Source: Thermoplasmatota archaeon (GTDB lineage Archaea; Thermoplasmatota; E2; UBA202; JdFR-43). Taken from it: DNA of 64,000 nt. Location of the stretch: positions 2,130 to 66,129 of the forward strand of contig JAPDJQ010000030.1 in assembly GCA_029259015.1 (NCBI GenBank), written 5' to 3'. Under the pieces are notes generated by a model. That model made no database searches and was not told where the DNA came from. It worked only from the letters and a program-made list of their open reading frames with translations. The position numbers and the translations under genes are program-made. Shown here piece after piece: positions 10,306-21,237 of the stretch (position 1 is its first letter; each line of letters begins with the position of its first letter).

Positions 10306-10575
10306 ATGGACATATACAGTCGCAAATTTATCATCATGCTGGCAGTTGCTGCTGTTGCGCTTGCTTATTCTACAATCATATACTATATAGCAGCTGGCGA
10401 GTTTACATACATATCTTTTAAATCATTTCTTGGGGTAGTGATTACTGTTTTGGCAATCATAGCTATTATGAGAGGAGAGGATATAGAAAAGGCCAGAAAA
10501 TGGTTCTGGAAAATATTTTTTATCATAGTAATAGTTCTTCTGCTTGCATCTATTTTCTTCGGTCTTGAACTATGA
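10306..10575 (+). CDS. Small membrane protein, paralog 2 of 3
   Basis: 89 aa, MDIYSRKFIIM...YYI...WR/KIF pattern shared. Confidence 0.5.
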   Translation: MDIYSRKFIIMLAVAAVALAYSTIIYYIAAGEFTYISFKSFLGVVITVLAIIAIMRGEDIEKARKWFWKIFFIIVIVLLLASIFFGLEL

Positions 10576-10651
10576 GTTAATTCTGCCATAATGATTAAAA
10601 ATTACGACTGAATGAACAAATGAAGGACATCGTTGCCACCGGAAAGGTGAA

Positions 10652-10936
10652 TTGATGGATGCATTCACACGAAGGATCATAATTTTAATGGCAATCGCCG
10701 CTTTCCTGCTCGTTTATCTTGTGGCAGTATATTATATATGGGCTGGGGAAATGACTGTTGTAACATGGAGAATATTTTACGCATTCGTAATCGTGATCAT
10801 CTCAGCAGTTGCCGTTTTTCTCAGCAGAGGAAAGGATATGAGGATGGAATGGTGGCTTTGGAAATTGATCCTTGCACTGATTTTATTAGCGATGTCACTC
10901 ACTCTTTCATCTTTCATGCACCTGCTGCAACATTAA
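10652..10936 (+). CDS. Small membrane protein, paralog 3 of 3
   Basis: 94 aa, MMDAFTRRIIILMAIAA...YYIWAGE...WRIFY; same architecture. Confidence 0.5.
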   Translation: MMDAFTRRIIILMAIAAFLLVYLVAVYYIWAGEMTVVTWRIFYAFVIVIISAVAVFLSRGKDMRMEWWLWKLILALILLAMSLTLSSFMHLLQH

Positions 10937-10989
10937 CAATACTCGTAGATATTTTCAAAAAGATTTTATTCTTGTTGCCAATTATCTAT

Positions 10990-12030
10990 GTGAATTTGAC
11001 AAATTATGAAAAAAAGGTATTGTATGGCATTGCAAAATTTCCAAATGCTAATGATCGCCAGCTTGCAGAAAAATTTGGAATGAAGCAATCTACAGTGGCT
11101 GCAATAAGAAAAAGGCTCAGGGAGGAGGGATATTACAGGATATATTCAATTCCAATGCTTCAGAATTTTGGAGCAGAAATGATGGCTGTTATTCATACAA
11201 ATTTTAATCCAGTAATTCCTATGGAAAAAAGAATTGAAATCACCGAAGAAAAAATTGAAGCTGCAGAGGAAATCTTCTTTTCTGTGGGTGAAGAAGATAA
11301 AGGCTTTTCGTTAAGTTTTGCAAAAAATTATACAGCCATAGGAAAAATAAATGATATAAGGACAACTACATTTGGCTCTCTTGGCTTGCTGGAAAAGGAA
11401 TATCCAAAGGAGGTGATATTTCCCTTCGAGATTAGCAAGACATATCGTTTCTTCAATTTTGCTCCACTGCTTGCAAAAATTTTTGGTATAAAGGATGATA
11501 ATAAATATGAAGAAAATTTCTTCGACATAAAAAATGCAGAGTTATCAAATAGGGAGAAGAAGGTTTTTTGCAAAATTATTGAGTATCCTGAGTTGCCATC
11601 AAAGGATATTGCAGAAATGCTTGGTATAACAAGGCACACTGTTGGCAGGATGAGAAGAAAATTTGTTGAGGAAAGATATATAAAAACAATGGTGGTGCCA
11701 AATTTTGAAAAATTGGATCTGAGAATCCTTGCCTTTTACTATGTTCCTCTCAATCCTCATACACCTCCAGAATTTGAAAAGAATGAGCTGAAAGAATTGC
11801 TGCACGAGGAAATAATATTTTTTGCTACCCGCCGCTTTGAATTTGTAGCCATTTCAATACACCCTGACTATGAATCATACAAAATGTGCAAAACAGAAAT
11901 AATGCAGAAGCTGAAAGAAAACGATTGGATTTCTTTAACTCCCCTCATCAGAACTTATAGCCTAAACAAAACAAAGATAATCAAGGATTTCAACTTCCTC
12001 CCCATAACAAAAAAATTAATATTGGCGTAG
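10990..12030 (+). CDS. Putative transcriptional regulator with two winged-HTH domains
   Basis: Two HTH-like segments (VLYGIAKFPNANDRQLAEKFGMKQSTVAAIRKRL and IIEYPELPSKDIAEMLGITRHTVGRMRRKF). Start placed at GTG after the upstream small-protein gene; the ORF is open from 10738. Confidence 0.5.
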   Translation: MNLTNYEKKVLYGIAKFPNANDRQLAEKFGMKQSTVAAIRKRLREEGYYRIYSIPMLQNFGAEMMAVIHTNFNPVIPMEKRIEITEEKIEAAEEIFFSVGEEDKGFSLSFAKNYTAIGKINDIRTTTFGSLGLLEKEYPKEVIFPFEISKTYRFFNFAPLLAKIFGIKDDNKYEENFFDIKNAELSNREKKVFCKIIEYPELPSKDIAEMLGITRHTVGRMRRKFVEERYIKTMVVPNFEKLDLRILAFYYVPLNPHTPPEFEKNELKELLHEEIIFFATRRFEFVAISIHPDYESYKMCKTEIMQKLKENDWISLTPLIRTYSLNKTKIIKDFNFLPITKKLILA

Positions 12031-12043
12031 ATATAAACATCAA

Positions 12044-12145
12044 GCGGGGGTAGCCAAGCGGTCAACGGTGCAGGGCTTAGGACCCTGTGGCGCAGGCCTT
12101 CGTGGGTTCGAACTGGCGGGAGCCACGAAAATCCCACCCCCCGCA
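12044..12145 (+). tRNA. tRNA-Leu (anticodon UAG), class II, with an apparent 19-nt insertion/intron in the T-loop (position 59/60)
   Basis: Acceptor GCGGGGG/CCCCCGC+A; 3-bp D stem; anticodon stem CAGGG/CCCTG with loop CTTAGGA; 14-nt variable arm; T stem GTGGG/CCCAC with TTCGAA...T interrupted by CTGGCGGGAGCCACGAAAA. Confidence 0.6.
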
Positions 12146-12175
12146 TGTATTTTTATATCCTTCCATTTTTCATTC

Positions 12176-12699
12176 ATGCATGAAATTTTGTTGCTGGCAA
12201 TGCAGGCAGGAAAGCTGAAAGAAAAAAAAAGAGAAGGATGGCTCAGAGCGGGCATAGAACAGCCGGAAAACGTTGCATGTCATAGCTATCGCGCTGCCTT
12301 TCTTGCAATGCTCATTGGGGATGCTTTAAATCTGAATACAGAGAAATGTTGAAAATGGCTCTGCTTCACGATTTGGCGGAAGCAATGATAGGTGATATTA
12401 CTCCGCATGATATGGAAAGAGAAGAGAAAATGGAAAGAGAAGAGGCAATAATGAAGAAATTGCTTCAAGATTTTGAAGAATATTACAGAATATGGAGAGA
12501 ATTTGTCGAAGGAAAGAGTAAGGAAGCGGAAATAATGCAGCAGATAGATAAGCTGGAAATGATTTTGCAGGCGCACGAATATGCAGCAAAATATGGAAGG
12601 AAAAAAGTGGAGGAATTTCTGGGAGAGGAAAAAAATATAGCGCATCCCTTCCTTATTTCTCTGCTTGAAGAAATAAAAAGCTCATTCTCTTCTTCCTAG
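12176..12699 (+). pseudogene. HD-domain phosphohydrolase (YfbR-like 5'-deoxynucleotidase) disrupted by a +1 frameshift near 12346-12352
   Basis: The N-terminal part (GWLRAGIEQPENVACHSY...LIGDALNLNTEKC*) is in frame 2 and the C-terminal part (MLKMALLHDLAEAMIGDITP...) is in frame 1. Together they give a colinear HD protein. Confidence 0.5.
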
Positions 12700-12927
12700 C
12701 AAGTAAATTATTCCTCCAACGATCATATAGGATATTACAGAAAAAAGCCAGTTTCCAAATGATTTAGCCACCAAAGCTAAAAACCAGAATAATGATTGCA
12801 GCGGTCTTAAATCAAGTTTATTTTCCATTTCTTGGAAAAAAGCTGATAATTCTGGAGAGAAGATATACAGAATCAAAAATATTACAAAAAGGAATAACAA
12901 ATTTGCTATTATTTTATCTCTTCTCAT
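12682..12927 (-). CDS. Small hypothetical membrane protein
   Basis: 81 aa, two hydrophobic segments; weak. Confidence 0.3.
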   Translation of the reverse strand: MRRDKIIANLLFLFVIFLILYIFSPELSAFFQEMENKLDLRPLQSLFWFLALVAKSFGNWLFSVISYMIVGGIIYLLGRRE

Positions 12928-12928
12928 T

Positions 12929-13984
12929 TCAATCAGGAATAAATTCTTTCAACCTTTTTATCGCATGTAATTTTTCTTTTTGTCCTATTTTTGCTTCTTC
13001 CAGACTAAGCTGCAGAATTTCTGTTGCTTCATCCATTGCTTTTCTATTTACAGGATAAGGAACTCCATCTTTCCCCCCAACAGCAAAAGAATATTTTACA
13101 GGATCTTCCCATGATGGCGGCTTTCCATAAATTAGATCGGAAACATAAGCTAAAGCTCTAACAGTAGCTGCTCCTATGCCTTTTATTGCCAGCATTTCTT
13201 CATAGTTGCGTGGCTGTATTTCATATACTTCCTTTAAAGCATCCCAGTTTATGCGACGGGGCATACTTAGCATTAAAACCTTGCCTTCTAAAGTTTGCTG
13301 ATATTGTTTCAATGCTTTAAAATACTTCAATAATTTGTTCGGCTTCTCTTTTGCTATATCAACGCTTGTTTTCCTTGCCTCCTCGCTTTCTTTTGCAGTC
13401 ATGTTCAATGCTATGCCTTTCTTGCCAACTATTGCAGCATGCGGCTCTTCAACAAAATCCTTAATCTTCCATATCCAGTGGTAACGACGGGCATATCTTG
13501 TTTTGGCATTCATACCCTGCTGCACAACAGCCCACTTTCCATCCTTTGTAAACAGAATGGCATGATGATATAAGCTATAACCATCCTGCAAGACTGCACT
13601 ATCTACTTTGGCAGCCATTCTGCTTGCATATTTTATTTTGGCTGCATCTACTTCAAGCATCTCTGCTTTCTTTTCTATCTCTTGCAATGTTCTGGAAGCC
13701 ATTCCTTTCCCGCCAGCAACAGCTATTCCATGTTTTTCCAGAGCTTCTTTCAATGCAGCAGTTGTAACAGTTGTTGTGCCTGAAGAATGCCAGTCATAGC
13801 CGAGCACGCATGAAAATGCCTGAAACCAGTAAGGGTTGGAAATTAACTCCAGAAATTTCCCCTCACCATGTTCATATATGATAATACCAGAGATGGCATC
13901 AGCTAATCTCACCATTCTTTGATACAACCAGCGAGGCGCTTTTCCATAATGCAATGGCAGATTAGCTACGCCTGTTTTTACCAC
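12929..13984 (-). CDS. DUF763 family protein
   Basis: 351 aa. The N-terminus MVKTGVANLPLHYGKAPRWLYQRM matches the conserved DUF763 start; function unknown. Confidence 0.65.
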   Translation of the reverse strand: MVKTGVANLPLHYGKAPRWLYQRMVRLADAISGIIIYEHGEGKFLELISNPYWFQAFSCVLGYDWHSSGTTTVTTAALKEALEKHGIAVAGGKGMASRTLQEIEKKAEMLEVDAAKIKYASRMAAKVDSAVLQDGYSLYHHAILFTKDGKWAVVQQGMNAKTRYARRYHWIWKIKDFVEEPHAAIVGKKGIALNMTAKESEEARKTSVDIAKEKPNKLLKYFKALKQYQQTLEGKVLMLSMPRRINWDALKEVYEIQPRNYEEMLAIKGIGAATVRALAYVSDLIYGKPPSWEDPVKYSFAVGGKDGVPYPVNRKAMDEATEILQLSLEEAKIGQKEKLHAIKRLKEFIPD

Positions 13985-14009
13985 ATATTTAAATCAGTTT
14001 CAATTTAAA

Positions 14010-16169
<2,160 letters not shown>

Positions 16170-16170
16170 T

Positions 16171-16186
16171 TACTTAAAATTGAATA
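16171..16186. repeat. 16-nt direct repeat copy 1 (TACTTAAAATTGAATA)
   Basis: The exact 16-mer recurs at 16273-16288 in the ligA-rfcL intergenic region. Confidence 0.5.
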
Positions 16187-16270
16187 AACAATGAAATGAG
16201 GAGCGTTATTACTTCTTTCATTCTTTATTTCTTTACTGAATAAATTTTTTTATTTTGACAAAATCCATTT

Positions 16271-17593
16271 CTACTTAAAATTGAATAGCACGGCCTGCTT
16301 TTCCATCTTTTTTAATTTTTCCGCCTCTGCATAAATTTCTTTTGCTTTATCGCCGACAATGAAAATTAGTTCTTCTTCAGTTAAATCAAGTCTTGCAGCA
16401 AGCCTTGCAGCAGCATCTGCATCTGCAAACAATTTTTTGAACATGGGCAGCATTTCCAGTGCTTTTCTGCTAGAGCAATGCATTATTTTGCCTATCTTTT
16501 TTGCTATGCTCAGGCGAATTTGCCTGTATTGCTTGCTGGCAGCCATGCTTCGCAACCATTTTGGAAAATGATATGCGGTAAAACCTCTATATTCATGTTT
16601 TTTTGCCACAGCTATACCACCTGTCATCAATTCTGAAGCATAGCCCCATAAGCCATAGTATTGCCGTCTCCATACCCTGCCTAAAAATACATCCGCCCGT
16701 GATAAAAATTCATATGCTCTTGCCAGATCATCAGGGTATTTATATTCCATGGGCAAATTTTCATCAATCCACAGAATTAAATTATCTGGCGATTCATCTA
16801 TGCGCCATGCTTCTCTTATCGCAGCCCTCATTTCCTTTGCCCTCAGTATATTTCTCAGACCAGTAAAAATTTCTCTCTCCCTATCTCTATAGCCGAGGTG
16901 AGAAAGCATGTCCTTTGTGATTCTTTTTCCATATGCTATTGATTGCAAATCATTTATAGCGCTCCTTACATCCCCATCGCATCTTCTCGCTATCTCATTT
17001 ATTACTTCTGGATCAGCCACTATCCCTTCCATTTGACATATTCTTTTGAGTAATGCAGCAATTTCTCTACTGCTCACCTTTTTGAATTCTATTGATTTAC
17101 ACAGATTACGAAGTTGGACTCCGCTTCCTTTTATCAATTCATAATAATCGTTTGCAATCAAAATAATGGGTTGCTTCGTCGCCTTTATCGTTTCAATTAT
17201 AGCTCTCTTCCCTCCAAAGTCACCAGCTTTTTCATATAAATTATCTGCCTCATCTAAAATGATTAGTTTTCTTGCTCCTTCCTTTGAAGAAATAAATTTG
17301 CCGTCGATGCTCAGAACTTCATGAATGGCTCCTGTTAAAGCAATCTTTCTTATTATTTCCCTATTTCTTTCATCACTCGCATTTAGTTCAATTACTTCCC
17401 ATTTAAAATCATTGGCTAAAGCATAGGCAGAAGAAGTTTTTCCAACACCTGGCTTTCCATATAAAATGACGGCTTTTTTGCTTGGCTTGCCCTGCTGCCA
17501 CTCTCTTGCCCATTTCAACAGTTCTTCCTTTGCAGTTCTATTCCCAATAACATCTTTCAGGCTTTTGGGTCTGTATTTTTCTGTCCAGTTCAT
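16271..17593 (-). CDS. rfcL: Replication factor C large subunit
   Basis: N-terminus MNWTEKYRPKSLKDVIGN; Walker A GKPGVGKTS; DEAD-like ILDEADN; length 440 aa typical of archaeal RfcL. Confidence 0.85.
   Translation of the reverse strand: MNWTEKYRPKSLKDVIGNRTAKEELLKWAREWQQGKPSKKAVILYGKPGVGKTSSAYALANDFKWEVIELNASDERNREIIRKIALTGAIHEVLSIDGKFISSKEGARKLIILDEADNLYEKAGDFGGKRAIIETIKATKQPIILIANDYYELIKGSGVQLRNLCKSIEFKKVSSREIAALLKRICQMEGIVADPEVINEIARRCDGDVRSAINDLQSIAYGKRITKDMLSHLGYRDREREIFTGLRNILRAKEMRAAIREAWRIDESPDNLILWIDENLPMEYKYPDDLARAYEFLSRADVFLGRVWRRQYYGLWGYASELMTGGIAVAKKHEYRGFTAYHFPKWLRSMAASKQYRQIRLSIAKKIGKIMHCSSRKALEMLPMFKKLFADADAAARLAARLDLTEEELIFIVGDKAKEIYAEAEKLKKMEKQAVLFNFK
16273..16288. repeat. 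16-nt direct repeat copy 2 (TACTTAAAATTGAATA), overlapping the rfcL stop codon
   Basis: Exact copy of the 16171-16186 motif. Confidence 0.5.
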
Positions 17594-18324
17594 CTATCCA
17601 ATTCAAAATCCTGCCAGTAAATATCTTTCTTGAATTCTTCTCTTATAATATCTCCAAGTTTTGTTGGGATTCTTAATCCATATTCCTCATAAACCTCCAT
17701 TCCCTCCCTTGTTATATAAGTTGGATTGAATGGGTCAAAATCTGGAGGAAGTTTAATAAGCTGATATTCATATTCTCCAGTCTCAGGATTTCTTATGCAA
17801 ATCCTATAGTTGTATTTATTCAAAACAGTATAACTTCCCTGCAATTTGCTAACTAAATCTCTGTAATAATTAATGCTGTTTTTCAGTTCCTTGATCTCAT
17901 TTTCCAGGGCTTCAACTCTCCTTTTATATTCATCCAATTCTCTTCTGAGTCTTTCATTTTCATATCTCAAAGCTTCTTCGCCATATATTGTCTGACCGCC
18001 TTCAAGATGTGCAACTTTCATTTTCAGGAATTCGTTTTCTCTTCTCAACTCAGTAAGCCAGTCAAGCAGCTTGTCATTGGCTGGTTTTTCTTCCAGCTTT
18101 TTCAATTTTTCTTCAAGTTCTGCAATAATTTTCTTATATTTTTCCAACTCGCTCTCCTCCTGTGTTTCTATAACTTCTTCCTGCTGCGTTTTCGCCTCTG
18201 TATTTGCAGCCACTTCTTCTTCTAATTCCTCCTCCTCAGGCTTGGTGGTGAAGATCATTATTCCAATCCAGACTAATAAAAACGATAGAAGAATGAGTAT
18301 TGTGATGGTTATGTTGTCAATCAT
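17590..18324 (-). CDS. Membrane-anchored coiled-coil protein (hypothetical), 4-nt overlap with rfcL
   Basis: N-terminal TM (ITITILILLSFLLVWIGIMIF), acidic/EK-rich heptad-like region, C-terminal globular part. Confidence 0.45.
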   Translation of the reverse strand: MIDNITITILILLSFLLVWIGIMIFTTKPEEEELEEEVAANTEAKTQQEEVIETQEESELEKYKKIIAELEEKLKKLEEKPANDKLLDWLTELRRENEFLKMKVAHLEGGQTIYGEEALRYENERLRRELDEYKRRVEALENEIKELKNSINYYRDLVSKLQGSYTVLNKYNYRICIRNPETGEYEYQLIKLPPDFDPFNPTYITREGMEVYEEYGLRIPTKLGDIIREEFKKDIYWQDFELDR

Positions 18325-18387
18325 TTTCCACTACATATAATGCTTTTTTTATTTCTATACTTTTCGCTTTTTGACCTTTCATATTTC

Positions 18388-20325
18388 TCATTTCTCGGCT
18401 TTTTGCTTCCCCAAGGCTTCCTTTATTTCGTTCACTATTTCTGGATTACGGAGCGTAGTTATATCACCTATTATCTCTCCCTTTTCTGCCAATCCCTTCA
18501 ATATTCTCCTCATTATTTTGCCGCTCCTTGTTTTAGGCAAATCGCTGACAAAAAGAATGTCATCAGGCTTTGCAGTTGGGCCAATTACTTTAACAACATG
18601 CTTTATCAGCTCTTTCTTCAGCTCTTCACTCGGCTCAACACCTTCTTTTAGCACCACATAAGCAAAAGGCACCTGCCCTTTAATTTCATGTGGTATGCCC
18701 ACTACTGCCGCTTCGGCCACACTTTCATGGCTAACTAAAGCACTCTCCACTTCTGCTGTACCTAAACGATGACCAGCAACATTTATCACATCTCCTATTC
18801 TGCCAAGAAGCCAGAAATAGCCATCTTCGTCAATCACTGCCCCGTCTCCAGTATAGAATTTGCCGAAGCCATATTTACTCCAGTACTCCTCCACATATTT
18901 TTCATGAGCATTGTACAAGCCGCGCAACATAGAAGGCCATGGTCTCGTTATCACAAGCTCTCCCTTCTGGCCAGGCGGACATATGCCATTTTCATCTCTC
19001 ACTTCTGCCTTCAGCCCCGGAAATGGAAATGTTGCAGAGCCTGGCTTAAGTTTCGTTACTCCTGGCAGCGGTGTTATTATATGCATTCCTGTCTCAGTCA
19101 TCCACCAAGTGTCGACAATTGGGCATCGTTCTTTTCCAATTACCTTATAATACCAGAGCCATGCTTCTGGATTTATTGGTTCTCCAACGCTGCCTAATAA
19201 TCGCAAGCTGCTCAAATCATGCATGTTTGGCCATTTTTCACCCCATTTCATCATTAGCCTTATAGCAGTTGGAGCTGTGTATAGTATAGTCACCTTATAT
19301 TTTTCAACAATTTCCCACCATCTATCTGGCTGTGGATAGTCTGGAGCACCTTCATACATCACGCTTGTAACTGCATTGGCAAGTGGACCATAAACAATGT
19401 AGCTATGTCCTGTTATCCAGCCAATGTCAGCTGTACACCAGTAAACATCTTCATCTTTTACATCAAATACCCATTTCATTGTTGTGGCAACGCCAACCAT
19501 GTAGCCACCAGTAGTATGCATAACACCTTTAGGTTTGCCTGTAGTTCCTGAGGTATACATGAGGAAAAGTAAATCCTCGGCATCCATTACTTCTGGCTCA
19601 CATTCTGCTGGCTGATCTTTTACAACATCATGCCACCATACATCCCTGCCTTCCTGCATTGGCACATTGCCATCAGCTCTCTTTACAACAACAACCTTCT
19701 CAACATCTAAATTTTTAAGCCCTTCATCTGTCTTTTCCTTGTGATTCAAAAGCTTTCCTCTCCTGTAATAGCCGTCGCATGTTATAATGTATTTTGCTCC
19801 TGCATCTTCGACGCGATCTTTAAACGCTTCTGCGCTGAAACCTGCGAATATAACAGAATGAGGAGCTCCTATTCTTGCACATGCAAGCATGGCTATTGGC
19901 AACTCCGGAATCATTGGCAAATAAATGGAAACAATATCTCCTTTCTTCACTCCCATGCTTTTTAGGGCATTGGCAAACTTGCACACTTCTTCATGCAACT
20001 GCTTGTATGTAAGTTTCCTTACTTCTCCAAGTTCCCCTTCCCAAATATATGCAATCTTATCTCCCTTGCCTCTCTCTATCCACCTGTCCAAGCAGTTATA
20101 TGAAGCGTTTAACTTACCATTTATAAACCATTTATAATATGGCTCATCAACTTCCAAAACCTTATCCCATTTTTTATACCAGTCAATCATCTCCTCTGCT
20201 CTCTTCTCCCAGAATTTTATATAGTCCTCTCCTTCCTCATAAACACTTTCGTCCTTAATCCAGGCTTTCTTCCTAAATTCCTCAGGTGGCGAGAATACCC
20301 TCTGCTCTTCAATGATTTCTTTCAT
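18388..20325 (-). CDS. acs: Acetyl-CoA synthetase (AMP-forming)
   Basis: 645 aa. AMP-binding motif YTSGTTGKPKG and C-terminal SGKIMRR. Full-length colinearity with Acs. Confidence 0.9.
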   Translation of the reverse strand: MKEIIEEQRVFSPPEEFRKKAWIKDESVYEEGEDYIKFWEKRAEEMIDWYKKWDKVLEVDEPYYKWFINGKLNASYNCLDRWIERGKGDKIAYIWEGELGEVRKLTYKQLHEEVCKFANALKSMGVKKGDIVSIYLPMIPELPIAMLACARIGAPHSVIFAGFSAEAFKDRVEDAGAKYIITCDGYYRRGKLLNHKEKTDEGLKNLDVEKVVVVKRADGNVPMQEGRDVWWHDVVKDQPAECEPEVMDAEDLLFLMYTSGTTGKPKGVMHTTGGYMVGVATTMKWVFDVKDEDVYWCTADIGWITGHSYIVYGPLANAVTSVMYEGAPDYPQPDRWWEIVEKYKVTILYTAPTAIRLMMKWGEKWPNMHDLSSLRLLGSVGEPINPEAWLWYYKVIGKERCPIVDTWWMTETGMHIITPLPGVTKLKPGSATFPFPGLKAEVRDENGICPPGQKGELVITRPWPSMLRGLYNAHEKYVEEYWSKYGFGKFYTGDGAVIDEDGYFWLLGRIGDVINVAGHRLGTAEVESALVSHESVAEAAVVGIPHEIKGQVPFAYVVLKEGVEPSEELKKELIKHVVKVIGPTAKPDDILFVSDLPKTRSGKIMRRILKGLAEKGEIIGDITTLRNPEIVNEIKEALGKQKAEK

Positions 20326-20478
20326 GTGGGGAGTATATAAAATTTATACTTAAATTTTTTGAGGTAACGATGAGGGTGTCAAAAAATTCCCACATCCAGA
20401 TTGTAGATGGTTACAAATGCAGTAAGCCATTTTTTATAATTTCAATTATGTATTTATATTGTCATTGCTTATAATAGC

Positions 20479-21237
20479 ATGTTGCTCGAAATAGCCGTGT
20501 TAATTATATTTCTGCTGATAATAGTGCTTGCCTCAGCTATAAAAATTGTAAGAGAATATGAGCGTGGTGTAATATTCCGCCTTGGAAGACTTGTTGGTGC
20601 TAAAGGACCCGGCTTATTTTTCATAATACCAATGTTTGATAAAATGGTGAAAATTGATTTAAGAGAGCATGTAATGGATGTTCCTGCTCAGGAAGCAATA
20701 ACAGCTGACAATGTGCCTGTTAGAGTTAATGCAGTTGTTTATTTCCGGGTAATGAACCCAGAAGATGCAGTTGTTAAAATACAAAATTATATGATTGCAA
20801 CAAGCCAAATGGCTCAAACAACGCTTCGAAGTATTATAGGCCAGGTAGAGCTAGATGTATTGCTAAAGGAAAGAGACAAAATAAATCAGCGCCTGCAATC
20901 AATTCTTGATGAAGCAACTGATGCATGGGGCGTAAAAGTTACAGCAGTAGAGATAAAAGATGTTGAAATTCCTGAAGGAATGCAGCGCGCTATGGCAAGG
21001 GCAGCAGAAGCAGAAAGAGAGAGACGCAGCAGAATAATAGCAGCAGAAGGCGAGTTGCAGGCAGCAGAAAAATTGACACAGGCAGCTAAAATTATAGGAA
21101 GAGAACCAGCAGCCATCCAGCTAAGAACTTTACAGACTCTGGCAGAGATCTCAGCAGAAGGAACAACCAAGATTTTCTTCCCATTTCCTCTGGAAATACT
21201 GAAAGCGTTCATGAAGGAAAAGGAAAAGAAAAAATGA
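20479..21237 (+). CDS. SPFH/band-7 (stomatin/prohibitin-like) membrane protein
   Basis: N-terminal TM, SPFH core ([13 protein letters not shown]...), C-terminal coiled coil with repetitive AAE. Confidence 0.85.
   Translation: MLLEIAVLIIFLLIIVLASAIKIVREYERGVIFRLGRLVGAKGPGLFFIIPMFDKMVKIDLREHVMDVPAQEAITADNVPVRVNAVVYFRVMNPEDAVVKIQNYMIATSQMAQTTLRSIIGQVELDVLLKERDKINQRLQSILDEATDAWGVKVTAVEIKDVEIPEGMQRAMARAAEAERERRSRIIAAEGELQAAEKLTQAAKIIGREPAAIQLRTLQTLAEISAEGTTKIFFPFPLEILKAFMKEKEKKK

Noticed and set aside
10738-10989. N-terminal extension of the regulator ORF overlapping the third small-membrane-protein gene
   Set aside because: It would overlap about 200 nt of the upstream gene in a different frame. 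A GTG/TTG start after the upstream stop gives the HTH domain at a normal N-terminal position.
12068-12175. ORF start (MQGLGPCGAG...) overlapping tRNA-Leu
   Set aside because: This reading translates through the tRNA gene. The HD-domain homology begins only at the Met at 12176.
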